A stretch of 54,658 nucleotides of DNA, counting the filler, from Catajapyx aquilonaris (taxonomy: Eukaryota), in the NCBI GenBank assembly GCA_000934665.2. It is 3 parts of 3 records of this genome, joined end to end, with 100 filler letters (N's around TTAATTAATTAA, not from the genome) between each part and the next. Parts side by side here need not be neighbours in the genome. Positions count along the whole stretch, not along the records: positions 18,486 to 36,512 come from JYFJ02006804.1; positions 36,613 to 54,658 come from KZ539596.1; 1 more part is not named here. One strand, 5' to 3'. How positions within the stretch are numbered: the first letter of the stretch is position 1; every line of letters begins with the position of its first letter. The translations under genes and the position numbers were made by a program. Below are positions 35,128-47,277 of this stretch, in pieces. The notes below the pieces were generated by a model. The model was not told the origin of the DNA. It did no database searches and worked only from the letters and a program-made list of their open reading frames with translations.

Positions 35128-36512
35128 GTACACTAGGCCAGAAATCCAAGCAGCTAAAACCCCAACCATCAGGGAAATAAGCCGATAGCCCCCCCCTATG
35201 CTTGCATTACATAGTCGTAGCTACAACCGGTAGCCGATGAGAACATTATCATAATATCCGACACCATAGCACCATCATTGCCAGCAGCCATATATTCCAA
35301 AACTATACTATCGGGAGTCCCACACCTTGACGCTTCATTAACACAAATTTGGGTTGTCTGTTCTATTTCTGGCGCAATGTACGCAGTGCACGTTCTGGCT
35401 TTACCTTCCTGTATAGCAATACACGTACGTGCTCTTTAAGGTCTATCGCAAGATGTGTTCTATACGATTTTTTTTGTGTGTGCTTTCGGAAGTTTCCACC
35501 TCGAAAAAAAGGCGATAAACCTGTCCACGTTCGCATTCTGACACACACTGCATGTCAATAGTCTAACAAGAGCCGATCGCATGAAAATAACGGCCATTCC
35601 GCGGATATCGGTATGAATATATCCATAGAGAAATACCAAGCATATTTAAATGTCAACTTATGCAATGTACCACGCATATAAATTAGCCATTATTTAAAAG
35701 AAGAAAAAAGGAGGGCCTGTTCTTCATGCTTCGAACTGCATATTTCTGCATATTGAAATGTCAATGAGCACCACCATAGCAGACAGACAGTTTTTTTTAA
35801 AAAAAGGGTCTATAGCAAAAGCTACACGCTGTAGTACACATCGTACATCGAATTCTCCTGGGGAAAACATCAGCTGCTTCTCTGAATAAAGTATGAATCC
35901 CGGAGAATTCTTTCTTTTTTTTAACAAAAGGGCGGGTCGATACTCGGCACACACACAAAAAAAGAAACGTTGCTAACAATAGTAGTAACGAGTTCATTTC
36001 CTGTTCCCAATAAGACCTTTGAAAATAGACGAATTCCAGGAACATGCCATGTTGATTCAATCCTCACAAGTGCCAAACTTGAATTCAGTCCCAAAAAATG
36101 GGAGAAGATTCAGCATTGTGATGTAAAAAAGTAATACATTACACCGAAGGAGACCTTTTGCCTTTGTACATATAGCAACGGAGAGAGCAACTCGACCGAG
36201 ACCGGGTCAAAGCCATTCATGCGTAAGCCCCCCCCAAAAAAGTGCATTACAAAATCCTACAGCGACACTCCAACCACAGCAAACGTTACCCAGGATCTCG
36301 TCATCAAACAATTTGCAGGCCAGCAGTTATTAATCATCACTAGGAATTCATTATCAGCAACCATAGCGTGGGGTTGCACAGTACTTTAAAGCAAAAAATT
36401 GTAAAGAGCATCATACAACAACAACAACAACAACAACAACATCACGACATTTCCCTATGAGGGGTAGTCAGCGATGAAGGGAGATGCAAGCTAACCCAAC
36501 ATATGAACTAAT

Positions 36513-36612
36513 NNNNNNNNNNNNNNNNNNNNNNNNNNNNNNNNNNNNNNNNNNNNTTAATTAATTAANNNNNNNNNNNNNNNNNNNNNNNNNNNNNNNN
36601 NNNNNNNNNNNN
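36513..36612. other. Artificial 100-nt assembly spacer
   Basis: 44 N + TTAATTAATTAA + 44 N, the same design as 18386-18485. Confidence 0.97.
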
Positions 36613-36851
36613 TTGCACTACACTGGTACTGCTAAGTTAGATGTAACTAGTAGTACGACAGAAATTCCAAAGATTTGTTTCAGAAAGGAGATTTCATGAG
36701 TAGTAAATTCGTAATTGCTTGAGTAAGACCTATGGTACAGCTTAAATCAATTGGTGAAGGTCTTACGTGCGCCTGCCTTGTTTCAGTACCTTCATTCCGC
36801 TGCGGAGGTCTTACTTCTCTTTTTTTTACTGAAGGGAAAGTTTTTGATATA

Positions 36852-37205
36852 ATACTACATTCTGATCTTATCACCTGCCGGGGCGTTTTGCAAAAGGTGC
36901 TCACTTGAGAGCGCCATGAGACCTTTCACTGTCCGGGTATGTGGAGACCCTACCGGGCTAGGCTGAACTTTTTAGGTACAAAAGGGAAGCGCTACATGCG
37001 GGCCCAAAATGGCCGCCGGCGACCATGTTGGGTCCCCCAATGTAGCGCTTCCCTTTTGTACCTATAAAGTTCAGCCTAGTCCGGTAGGGTCTCCACATAC
37101 CCGGACAGTGAAAGGTCTCATGACGCTCTCCAGTGAGCACCTTCTGCAAAACGCCCCGGCAGGGGGTAGGTGGGAGTGACCCGACCTGAGTATTCTAAGA
37201 TCATG
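36852..37205 (+). mobile_element. Hairpin element copy 2: left end missing, core inverted
   Basis: Same arms and asymmetric ends as 6319-6694. Ends tattctaagatcatg. No TSD recovered. Confidence 0.85.
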
Positions 37206-38150
37206 TGCTACGCTTTTTTTCTTGAAACGTACCCAAAACGTTTGCTTCTATACACCCTGCATCTTGCCACCACATGTGTAAATGATAGACTATACACTAT
37301 AATACTATATCATCCATCTCATGGAAACTTGAAAAATCTGCCACTGCTATATCTGGCCACACCAGGCCCAGGTTGGAGCATGAGAAAATCCAGTTGAATA
37401 TACTATCGCCTTGTGAAACACCTTGTCGTTGTAAAGCCTGACAAGAATGACCAAAGGGCTTTCAGATGCGGTGATGCCTCCTATTTCCACTAGATGGTTC
37501 ACCAATAGGTAATAATAAAACCACCCCACGGCGAAGCGTGATGGACATAAAAGTCGCCACGACCCNNNNNNNNNNNNAAAAAAAAAAACAACAACAACAA
37601 CCGAGCCTATACGATGTCGATGTGTTTTTTTACACCCCTGTAACGCACATCTTTCTAGCTACTCATAGCAAGAAAGCTGTTATGCAGGCCATGAATTCCA
37701 GGCCGGCACTTAGACCTAATATAGAGGGCGCAGCTGCGTTTTGCTATGCCGTGCAGTGCAATAACTATTCCTTACCCTCCGCCCCCCACCAACCACCCGG
37801 GTCCTCTTTCCCCCGGAGCAGCTCAAATCATACTTACATGCAGATTAGAGTCGGAATCGGAGCTCATGTAGCCCCAGATTACAACTTATTGCGGGCAATA
37901 AAGTGGGGCATAAATGGGCTGGCGTGGCGCTGACAGACCCTCCCTTGTTTTCTGCATAGGAGCATAGAGTGGAGCCTATTGTTGTCCCGCTACGCCCACG
38001 ACTAACTTGCGACGAGTATCTCAGGCACTCAGGGTATGGAGAAAAGTAGGGGCAGGAGGAGGGGGAATGCAAGAGGGAGAGAGGGGAAGGCTGCAGATTC
38101 CCCACCCATCTGGAGGCTGCATCCAATTAAGCAGAGCTGTTTCCTAGCAA

Positions 38151-38156
<6 letters not shown>

Positions 38157-38212
<56 letters not shown>
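38157..38212. repeat. (CT)28 microsatellite
   Basis: Direct reading. Confidence 0.95.
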
Positions 38213-38214
<2 letters not shown>

Positions 38215-40712
38215 ATCGCTTCCCACTTTTCCAACCGTATATACGGAGCCCAGGCCCAAAAATTACGGCCCTGGATTTACAGTACTTGCACTGGCTTTGG
38301 AGAAACGCATATCAAGAAGGATTCCGACACCACGCATTTCCTCTCATCAATTCACGTAACCTACTGAAGTGGAGTCGTCTATTACTCACAAAATTATGCT
38401 TAGCACTTACTGCCAAGTGTGCACAAATTCATGCTGGGCACGTCAAGATCGCTTTACAAATACGTATACACCAAGTGAAAACCTCGGGGGAAGAACGATC
38501 AATGTTCACCTCATGTGAAACTGAGTCATCGCAATTTCAAATTTCGAAGGCCCATAAGGTTCTATTGTAAATCTCACTTTCGGGGCCTTCCATATTGGCC
38601 TATGATCATTACTCCACAACCAGGACCAAACCATCATATTCTATGCTAGTGAAACTATCTTATGAGATATGTAACTCATTTTTGACAAAAAGTGGACCTT
38701 GATCGTTCTTCCCCCGTGGTCTTCAAAAAAACTAGTGGTATGCTTTCAAACGAATGGATTTCAAACTTCATTTTGGAAAGAGTGTGTGGTTGGCCGGGGG
38801 GGGGGGGGGGGATTTNCTTTCCGGTCATACTCTAAATTCAGCTAATATGCGCCATAAATGTTCTGCAAGGTTCAGGCCACCAAGCGACAGGATGTTTTTG
38901 TTTCTGAAGAGCCTGATTAATCCTTTTCAAAATGGGCCCTGTCCTGCACAAAAATTTGTATTTCCGTTCTTCATGCTTGGATTGTTTTTCAACACTTTGG
39001 TAGGCTATGTGCTGGAATCTTTTTCCGTGTACAATTATACAAGTAGTAATATTGCCATTGTTTGCTGGCGAAAACTTTCCGGCCAATTTCACCCTGTTCT
39101 ATATTAGTAAATGAAAATCACAGCAATAGCTGCATATCAGCATTTTAATAAATCTGTTAATAATGCTCTATAATATAAAATTAACATTATGCAACATAAT
39201 TATGAGGTACAGCTGATACGTTTGCAAACGATAATATTGCACGCATTTGTTAATAATATTGTAACTGATATCCCAATGTTTAGTTACAGCTGATATTATG
39301 TAACATGGGCCAGTGGAGTAAATAATGTCGATTACACAGCAACAACAGCATGGCCTCCCTTCGCTCAGGAAAAACTAAGAATTTACGCCACATACTTATA
39401 TAGGGTAGCATTGGTAAGTTTCAACTTTCACCTGCCATGGCGTATCACCCCACGCACAAAGAAGTTGCGGTCGAGCGCCTGCTAACACGATGATTCAGCC
39501 TCCAAGTATTTCAGGACTATAATGATATAATGTATACCTACATACTAACTTAGAGTACAAAGTGGTGTAGGTCTATACACTAATACCCACGCTTGCAGAG
39601 AAAATGCGACACGTGTGTGTTTCACGCTGTGCCGATTTGGCAAGCGTTAATTATTGTAACTTATACAGTACTAATAGTTATGTGTTGTAATGAGAGCGAA
39701 ACTAAATGTAGGTCAATTCCGCTGATGCATTCGACATTTCTGTCATACTACTGTTACGTTACCGGCATGGCATCATCAGTTGTGGTCAAATTACAACGAG
39801 TAGCTAAGCATCGAAATGAGCTAACCAGAAATAAGTATGCTTAAACCAGTAAGTGGCTAGTCATATAACAATTAACCATCCGATAATCCAGACACTAATG
39901 TTAATATCACATACTCCCTTGAAGTGTTACATCAAGCTTATGAGGTGCACATTTTGGCCAAAAGAGGGAGGAAAAAGGGATTGGGGCGTCAAGATGTTGG
40001 AAACAAATAGTGCCATTTAATCCGCACCCACCCACACTGTGGAAAGAGTCAGCCTAAGAGGAAGTCCACATCCACATAATAAAGTGCGCGGGTTGAGGTG
40101 TAAATAATCCGGGGCTGGGCTCACTTCACAGCCCGCAGATCCATTACGATAATTCCGCCTATAAATAAAGCCACAACTCGATTACACTTATTACGTTAGG
40201 TGGCAGCAAGCGAAGCTAATCTTCCTCCCAGACCATTTGATGTCGCTGCATCTCATCCTAAAACCAAGTTTGCCGTCTTATTCGCTACCTACCACCGCCC
40301 TCACTTTTTTTTCGGCACAAGTTCATTTTTAAAATGACCAGGGACACCAATGTCCACAGCCTACTCGCTAAAGATACTATTGTCGCACGAAAGCGATGTT
40401 ACACCCTGAAGGAACGGTGCCATTACACCATCTCAATGCAGTGATGATGAAACCATGCCCTTATGTAGATTACACACTGGTTGTCGCTCATATTTGGCGG
40501 AAGGGCTTGCGTATCGGCTGACTGAATTTGGGAGGGGTAGGGGTACGCTGTACCAACCCTATACGTACAGTACATAACCCATGACCTAACTTTCCTTCCC
40601 GGCGGATACAGACCTCTCCTGCAGCGTATACAAGCCTATAGGAAAGGAGAGTAAAAGTGCGGCGTCACCGATATGAAAGTGTAGCCCACAGCCGAGGAGT
40701 GTTATGTATATA

Positions 40713-41279
40713 CCGTATTACCTCTCATAAAGCGGCATGCCGGTATAAAACGAGGTCGACCAGCATGCCGGTATACCCCGGGGGTGGCCGGCATGCCGCA
40801 ATAACCGAGGGTAGATTTCCGTAATTTTGATCCTTACCAAATTTTTTGCAATGCTTCTGGTACCGTACTAAAATAACGTTACAATGAAAATCGGCGAGTG
40901 TAGCTACAGGATGTGAGAATATGCAAGTTCTGTTACACGGTGCATATAAAAAAATATAGAGCGTGTGAACAATCCCATCGTTAGCCTGCTTTGACAGGGG
41001 AACCCCCTGCTCCAACATACTGTTTAAACATGCAGTATTGCCAAACACTGCAATTTAAAACAATATATGGTACGGGTACCATATTCGGGAAATGTGCATT
41101 TTCGATAGCCTTTACGTGAATTTCGAATTTCAGGGAAATGTCAAGTTCAGAAAGGATAATGCAACTTATGTGAAAACCTCGCCTTATACCGGCATGCCGG
41201 TATAGCCACCAGATCATGCATTTCTAAAAACTGGTCGACCTCGACTACACTGGCATGCTGCGTAAGTGAGGTAATACGG
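40713..41279. mobile_element. Tc2/pogo-like MITE (567 bp)
   Basis: ta|ccgtattacctc...gaggtaatacgg|ta, with repeated subterminal ggcatgccg palindromes. Confidence 0.85.
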
Positions 41280-41520
41280 TATATACAGGTCTGGCAACTA
41301 GCCCCCGCGTGAATCTCTATTAAGAGTCCCACCGGACGGCTACTTACAGTGAGTGCATGGCGCGACACCCCTGACTGCGACGAAAATTATTATTAGCCTA
41401 CTATTAATTGAGAACGGACATGGGGAAACCAGCCCCCTGTCACTTCCCCCCTAGTTGTATGGATACGATAGTTTAATTAGTGTGTGATCGCCAGGCTGGG
41501 AATTTGGCGCTGGAGGCGCT

Positions 41521-41669
41521 ACATCGTTCGCTATCCGCCATCCTTTTCAAGGTGCACTCTAGTGGTAAGTCTGCGGAAGTAAAGAAAGATCCAGCCAATC
41601 GCGACAGACTACCCGCTACCTACCACTCGAGTTGCACCTTGAACAAGATGGCGTCTTAGAGAACGATGT
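41521..41669. repeat. Degenerate ~150-bp hairpin
   Basis: acatcgttc...cgccatc...ttcaaggtgca pairs with tgcaccttgaa...gatggcg...gaacgatgt. Confidence 0.65.
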
Positions 41670-41820
41670 GACACAGTTATTACACTACCGTATTCGAGGA
41701 GTGTCATAGGGCTGGGGGAAACAGAGGGGGAACGAACGGAACGGACCGGACCATGCCTACTAGATTTTAATTGGCGGTTTGGGACTTAGACCCTATATAC
41801 CTGGTATATATGGTCTAAGG

Positions 41821-42139
41821 CAGCCCCAGGACACTACCTCTACATTCTTATCTGATCGCCTGCAGGAGGTGCTCACCTACTACTACAGTAGGGACTACGC
41901 TGAACTTTATAGGTACAAAAGAGAAGCGCTACATTGGGGGACCCAACATGGTCGCCGGCGGCCATGTTGGGCCCGCATGTAGCGCTTCCCTTTTGTACCT
42001 ATAAAGTCCAGCGTAGTCCGATAGGGTCGCCACATAACAGTGCAGTGAAAGGTCTCATGGCGCTCTCAGGTGAGCACCTGCAAAACGCCCCGGCAGGGGG
42101 TAAGTGGGAGTGTCCAAACCTACGTATTCTATGACCATG
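41821..42139 (+). mobile_element. Hairpin element copy 3: deletion in left arm, 8-bp TSD
   Basis: TSD gtctaagg at 41813-41820 and 42140-42147. Ends CAGCCCC...CCATG. Confidence 0.85.
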
Positions 42140-44168
42140 GTCTAAGGTTTGGTATTCTTCGTCCGCCGCGTTCCCCCACCAGATTCGCTGTGTGCCTACT
42201 TGGACCAAAAAAAACAAACAAACAAACAAACAAACAAAAAACAAAACAAAAAAACAAAAAAAACGAAGTTGCACTGGGGTGGTGTAGCCTATTTGGCAGC
42301 CATGTAGCCTGCTTGAATGTGGATAGCTGAGACCGAAGCCCCAGGAATTTTCATATTGTCACATTTATTCTCAACCATGTCCGCATACGGTTGACTGGCT
42401 CAATTTAATTTGAATAACTCGTGTCATATGCAACATCCCTGGCATTAATCTACGTCGTGCTCCTTCATCCCGTATGGTGACATGTTTCGACACATATACC
42501 CAATACTGCGTACTTAGGGTAGATCGTTTGGCAACCGAAGCCGATTCTACCACAGCCTGAATGTGGCGTTGCGCAGGTTCCAGTCATAGTCACTCGGGCA
42601 ATATTTATAATTGACCCTCGAAAAATCTGGGAAGTACAAGTTCGCATAATTCGCAATTTTATCCGCGAATCTGACGCTCCATGTGGGGAAGGTTCCCGCT
42701 GCGAAACGGCCACAATTTGCAGATTTATTGCTCGCGCATTTTCCATTATTAATATGCTGTTTTTGAACTCGACTGCGTTCCTCTCTCTCTCTCTTCCCCC
42801 TGTTTCCCTGCGAGCTAAGTGATAACGACACTCGGCCCGCGCAATTACTCTTTCGACATGTGACAACTACGCGACGATATTTCAGTTGCACCCACGAACT
42901 CTAATTCTAGATCTGGATAGTCACTAACTAGAATTGAGCGACTACCGGATACCGGGAGAAAGACTTCATAAAATTCACATGCACTTAACCAATATTGCAG
43001 CCTCATGCCCTACCTACAAATTTTCATACAACAACACAAAACACACACACAACAACAAACAACAACAACAACAACAATAATGCTTGAATGACTTGACCTA
43101 CTGGATGAAATGCATAAAGTAATAACACTTACCCCACCGAGGAAACAGTTTTGTGTTAAAATAACTTCCAGAGAAATCCAGACTGGATGAAAGTATACCT
43201 TATGGAGTAATTCATTCAACGTGGAATTCATTGAAGTCTCCCAATAACTGGTCAGAATTATGAGATAAATTATCTGATAATAAATTCAGTGGCAACTCTG
43301 TGGTGTGGTTCCTGCGACTGGCACAATGAAATATCATTTCACCTCAATTTTTGATAATAATCAAAATTATAATTCATGCTACATGACATGACTAGCTTGT
43401 TTTCGAAGCACACCACAACCATTTCTAAAGGAAATTGTTCCCAATACATCAAATTTAAATGAGAAATACATTATTTTCCGATCTTTTTTTGTTAAGAACA
43501 TCGAAGTTTGACAATCCTGATTAGGCCCAATTTTCCCCAGTTTGACATTGTGGTAAGCAATTCGAGTGCAATAATTTTATTGTAGTTTACACAATCCCCG
43601 GCCAGCACACTCCGCAATGAAAATTGAACTATTTGCATTTTGCGGAATTATCAATGTAGTGTATGGTTGTGGACAGAAGCCAATAATTACGTGAGGGTTA
43701 TCCTTGGTGTAGAAACTATCATTAATTATTTCAGGCACACTTTACATCGACGCAAACCAGTTTTCAATGACGCGTGTGATGGCCTCAATACGTAAACAAA
43801 CTGGAAAAATAGTACAGTACGTACAGTACACGTGTAAGGTTGTTTGCGGCAATGTAAAACTTTAGAAAGTAGCACCGGAAATCGTGACTTTCAAACCCTA
43901 ATATTCACAGAACAGAAAATCAATAAGAAAAACCATGGACACTTTTACTTTATTTCACCAAATAATTTTTACTCAAAATTACTGTAGTACAGTACACCCT
44001 ACCTGGAAAGGAGTCCTTTTGTGAATAACCTCGCTGAGATGTCATTGCCAACTTAGCATATCAATTGTACTGTTGGAAAAAGTAGCTTTATACCCCTGCA
44101 AGCAGAGCCAACGCGGGGATGTAAGGTGACTTTTTCCATCAGTACTGTACTGTTACCTCTGTCGGGAC

Positions 44169-44221
<53 letters not shown>
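44169..44221. repeat. (TAT)n microsatellite
   Basis: Direct reading. Confidence 0.95.
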
Positions 44222-44861
44222 GGCATAGAATAGCGAAAACTGCCGGGATTGTGATTTTTCGGTTGGGGAATTATTGCGTCTCGCATATGGTATGGCAAAT
44301 GTATGAGATACGACAACTCCTTCCAGAGCTTTTTATTGCCCTAAGATTGGGTTGTGCGCAGTGGATGGCATTCAGAAAAGGCAGTGGTTGAAATCTACCT
44401 TTAAACATAAAACACACCAAAGTCTGCATGGTCAGCTGAGGAAGGGCGAATTCGTCGAATATGTTGTGCGCGAACGTAATCAATTTATCCAGCGAGACCG
44501 ATCTACTCGCCATGTCTGAGACCACTAATCTCAATGCCTACAGGATCTAGTCTGCAAAAGCAAACAGATTGGGTCTTCTGTGCGTTAGTCTCATACACAG
44601 TAAGTTCGGGGTAAAAGGAACACAGGGGAGTATGGCTCAAGCCTCGCATTTTGTAACCAGTTCTACGATGGGGTGTGCACTTTCCCCTACATCAAATGTC
44701 GTGTCATGTTAAGAAATTGTCCTCCTTGCTACTACCTTCACTGACCAATTATTTCTTAAATGTTATTTGAACCTAGTTTTACTTTCATCGTGTTCATATA
44801 ATAATGCCTCGTGTTAAAATGATTGTGCAGCGGCTATTCAATCACATCCAGTGTGTACTGT

Positions 44862-45177
44862 ATATCCGCCCCCAGTCACTCGTATAACTTATATATTGCT
44901 CCCCCCATGAGCTTGCCTGATCTCCCCCACCGAGGGGAGCTGGCAACGGGCGGCGCTAGAGTCATGCACCAAGATGGTCACGCCTTACCTAGCGGCCAAT
45001 TCTGAACCATTTCGCACGGGGTACTGACGCCTCTATGTCTGGTTCAGAATTGGCCGCTAGGTAAGGCGCTACCACCTTGGTGCATGACTCTAGCGCCGCC
45101 CGTGGCCAACCCCCCTCGGTGGGGGAGATCAGGTAAGCTCACGAGAAAAGGGGGAGAGTGACCTGGGGCTGGTGTAT
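44862..45177. mobile_element. ~315-bp foldback element
   Basis: Near-perfect arms 44906-45008 / 45040-45143. Outer match gccccagtcactc / gagtgacctggggc. Outer limits approximate. Confidence 0.75.
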
Positions 45178-45794
45178 ATCATGTGTTTATATCCTCAGTC
45201 GTGGAATTTTTCTAAGCTGGGAAGTGGAGGGGGAGGCTCACGTTATCAAACATGGTGTAATGTATACGTATGTGAATGATTTTATTCGTTCATTTCTAAC
45301 TATGGTCAGCCTGACAGCAGCCATCACTTGGCCGACCACCAACTATTGTTCACATATTCATCAAAACATACACACTCGTACAAAAAGAACCTCACAATAC
45401 ATCAACAGCATTCACACACCTTATTCACAAAACATGATCAACAGCCACAAAAACTTCTAACATAAGAAATTACGAACAAAATTCTCAATATCACAACACC
45501 AACAGAGTAAAAGCACCACCACAATGGGCACTCAAAAGTACAGAAAATATTTGTGCGGCTTATTCTTGGCGTATTTTAAATGATAAATTCATAGAAAAAT
45601 CCCTAATATATATATTGTCGTACATGTCACGGGAAAGGGAAAACAGGGGTGAAACTTTTCTACATATCGAAAGGTGCAGTACAACAGACACACGAAATGC
45701 CTTGACAGTTTTTTTTTCATCAGTTGCATTCTCAAACTTCAACATATTTATTATTTACATGTAGAAAAAAGTTAACCGAAATGTGAAGATCTTA

Positions 45795-46663
45795 GGGGCG
45801 GATTCTCGTGGACTCCTGTAAGTCTGCGGGTCCGCAGGAGATGCGGGCCCGCAAGTCCGTCCAAGATGGCGGCGGATGCGGGACCCCGAAAAAGTGGAAT
45901 AAATGTGGTACCCTGTAAGTCCTTACAAGAAAGAATTGAAAGTAGGGGGGAGATACGGGGGTTCTTGTAGCTCCGCCCACCGGAAACGGACAGGAGCCAA
46001 TGGCAGAGGAGAAAAGGGTGCATTCCCACCACCGTACAATGGACAGCGACGGGATTAAACGCTATTGAGAAAAGAACAGCGAACACCTGCATTCGAATTC
46101 GGGTTTTTTCTCGGGTTTTTTATTATGATTTAGGTAGGGAGTTCGGGCAAACGTCGCGAGAATGTGCAGTAGGCAATCGAGTCTAAGGTCAATGACCTTA
46201 TCGAATCTGGGACATTCGAATCTAGAGTGTCTGCTGCTAGCGAGGTGAGAGAGAGACGATGCCGGGGAAGAAGTCTGTCCAGGCACTGGTCTGCCCCGGG
46301 TTCCGCCCGCGCCCCTCGCCGGCCGAACTGGGATGACCGTGAAAAAGAGGCCATTGTGGCCCGCATGGAAGACACTCCAGGACTCGTGGAAGGGCCCCTG
46401 GGCCGTGTTTATCCGTGTTCGATCCCCGCCTTACGGACACACAGCTGCTGTCGGGGAAGCGGCCATCTTTGAGAGCGACAGGCGACTTACAGGCATACTT
46501 ACAGGTGCTCCCACCCACCCGTATCTTTGCGGGCCTTTCCTTCCCGCAGCCCTTGCGGGAGCGCGACACGATAATTCCACTTCGGGAGTTTTTTTTAGTT
46601 GCTGGGGCAATACGGGCGTTTGCGACTTGCGGGCCTCCCGTAAAGTCCACGAGAATCCGCCCC
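45795..46663 (+). mobile_element. PIF/Harbinger internal-deletion derivative (869 bp)
   Basis: Perfect 20-bp TIR ggggcggattctcgtggact, TSD TTA on both sides. Retains a Myb/SANT-like peptide start. Confidence 0.9.
46317..46400 (+). pseudogene. Remnant of a Harbinger Myb/SANT-like DNA-binding ORF
   Basis: RRPNWDDREKEAIVARMEDTPGLVEGPL resembles the RxxN(F/W)xxxExxxL start of Myb_DNA-bind_5/NAIF1-type domains, and lies inside a Harbinger element. Confidence 0.6.
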
Positions 46664-46725
46664 TTAATCTGTAAAGATTTTATTCTGAGTAATATACAGT
46701 ATTGGGGGGTTCCAATTACAATGTC

Positions 46726-47277
46726 CAGTAAAACTTCTATAAGTAGAATCTCCATGGGACCTGAAGAAAACTTCGAGTTATAGAAGATTCGAGTTAGAGA
46801 AGTTTGGCTTTTTTAAGCACAGAACTCTATAAGGAAGCCTATCTTTATATCCAGCGACGAAAGGTGTTCAAAACTTAAATATAACTGTCACTATCACACT
46901 AAAATGCCCCTCATTCTTTTGTTGAAAAAAAAACTCCGTTATATAGACGCCTATACTCTTATGTCGGCTCTCACTCTTAATAAAGGATTCAATATTGCCA
47001 CAATTGAGGCAAACACTTCTTTCGGTATGCCTGGTCGCGATTCTGGTAGACGGAGACCAGGACTTCAGGAGCCTTTCTGTACATGTGGCCTAATACTCTC
47101 AACCCTTCGTCTGAGAAATTAGAAAATTTTCCATACTCGCCAACATGAACTTCGACTTAGGGAGACTGAAAATGCATTGATATCCCATCGTAATGCCCTG
47201 CCTGCACTTCGAGTTATGGAGAACTTCGAGTTATAGAAATTCGAGTTAGGGAAGTTTGACTTATAGGAGTTTTACTG
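46726..47277. mobile_element. pogo/Tigger-like MITE (552 bp)
   Basis: 19-bp TIR cagtaaaact(t/c)ctataagt. TA on the right, tc on the left. Multiple ttcgagtta subterminal repeats. Confidence 0.82.

Noticed and set aside
36415..36512. RTE-like retroelement 3' end on the minus strand with a (TTG)n tail
   Set aside because: Under 100 nt, cut by the spacer, and the resemblance is too weak to call.
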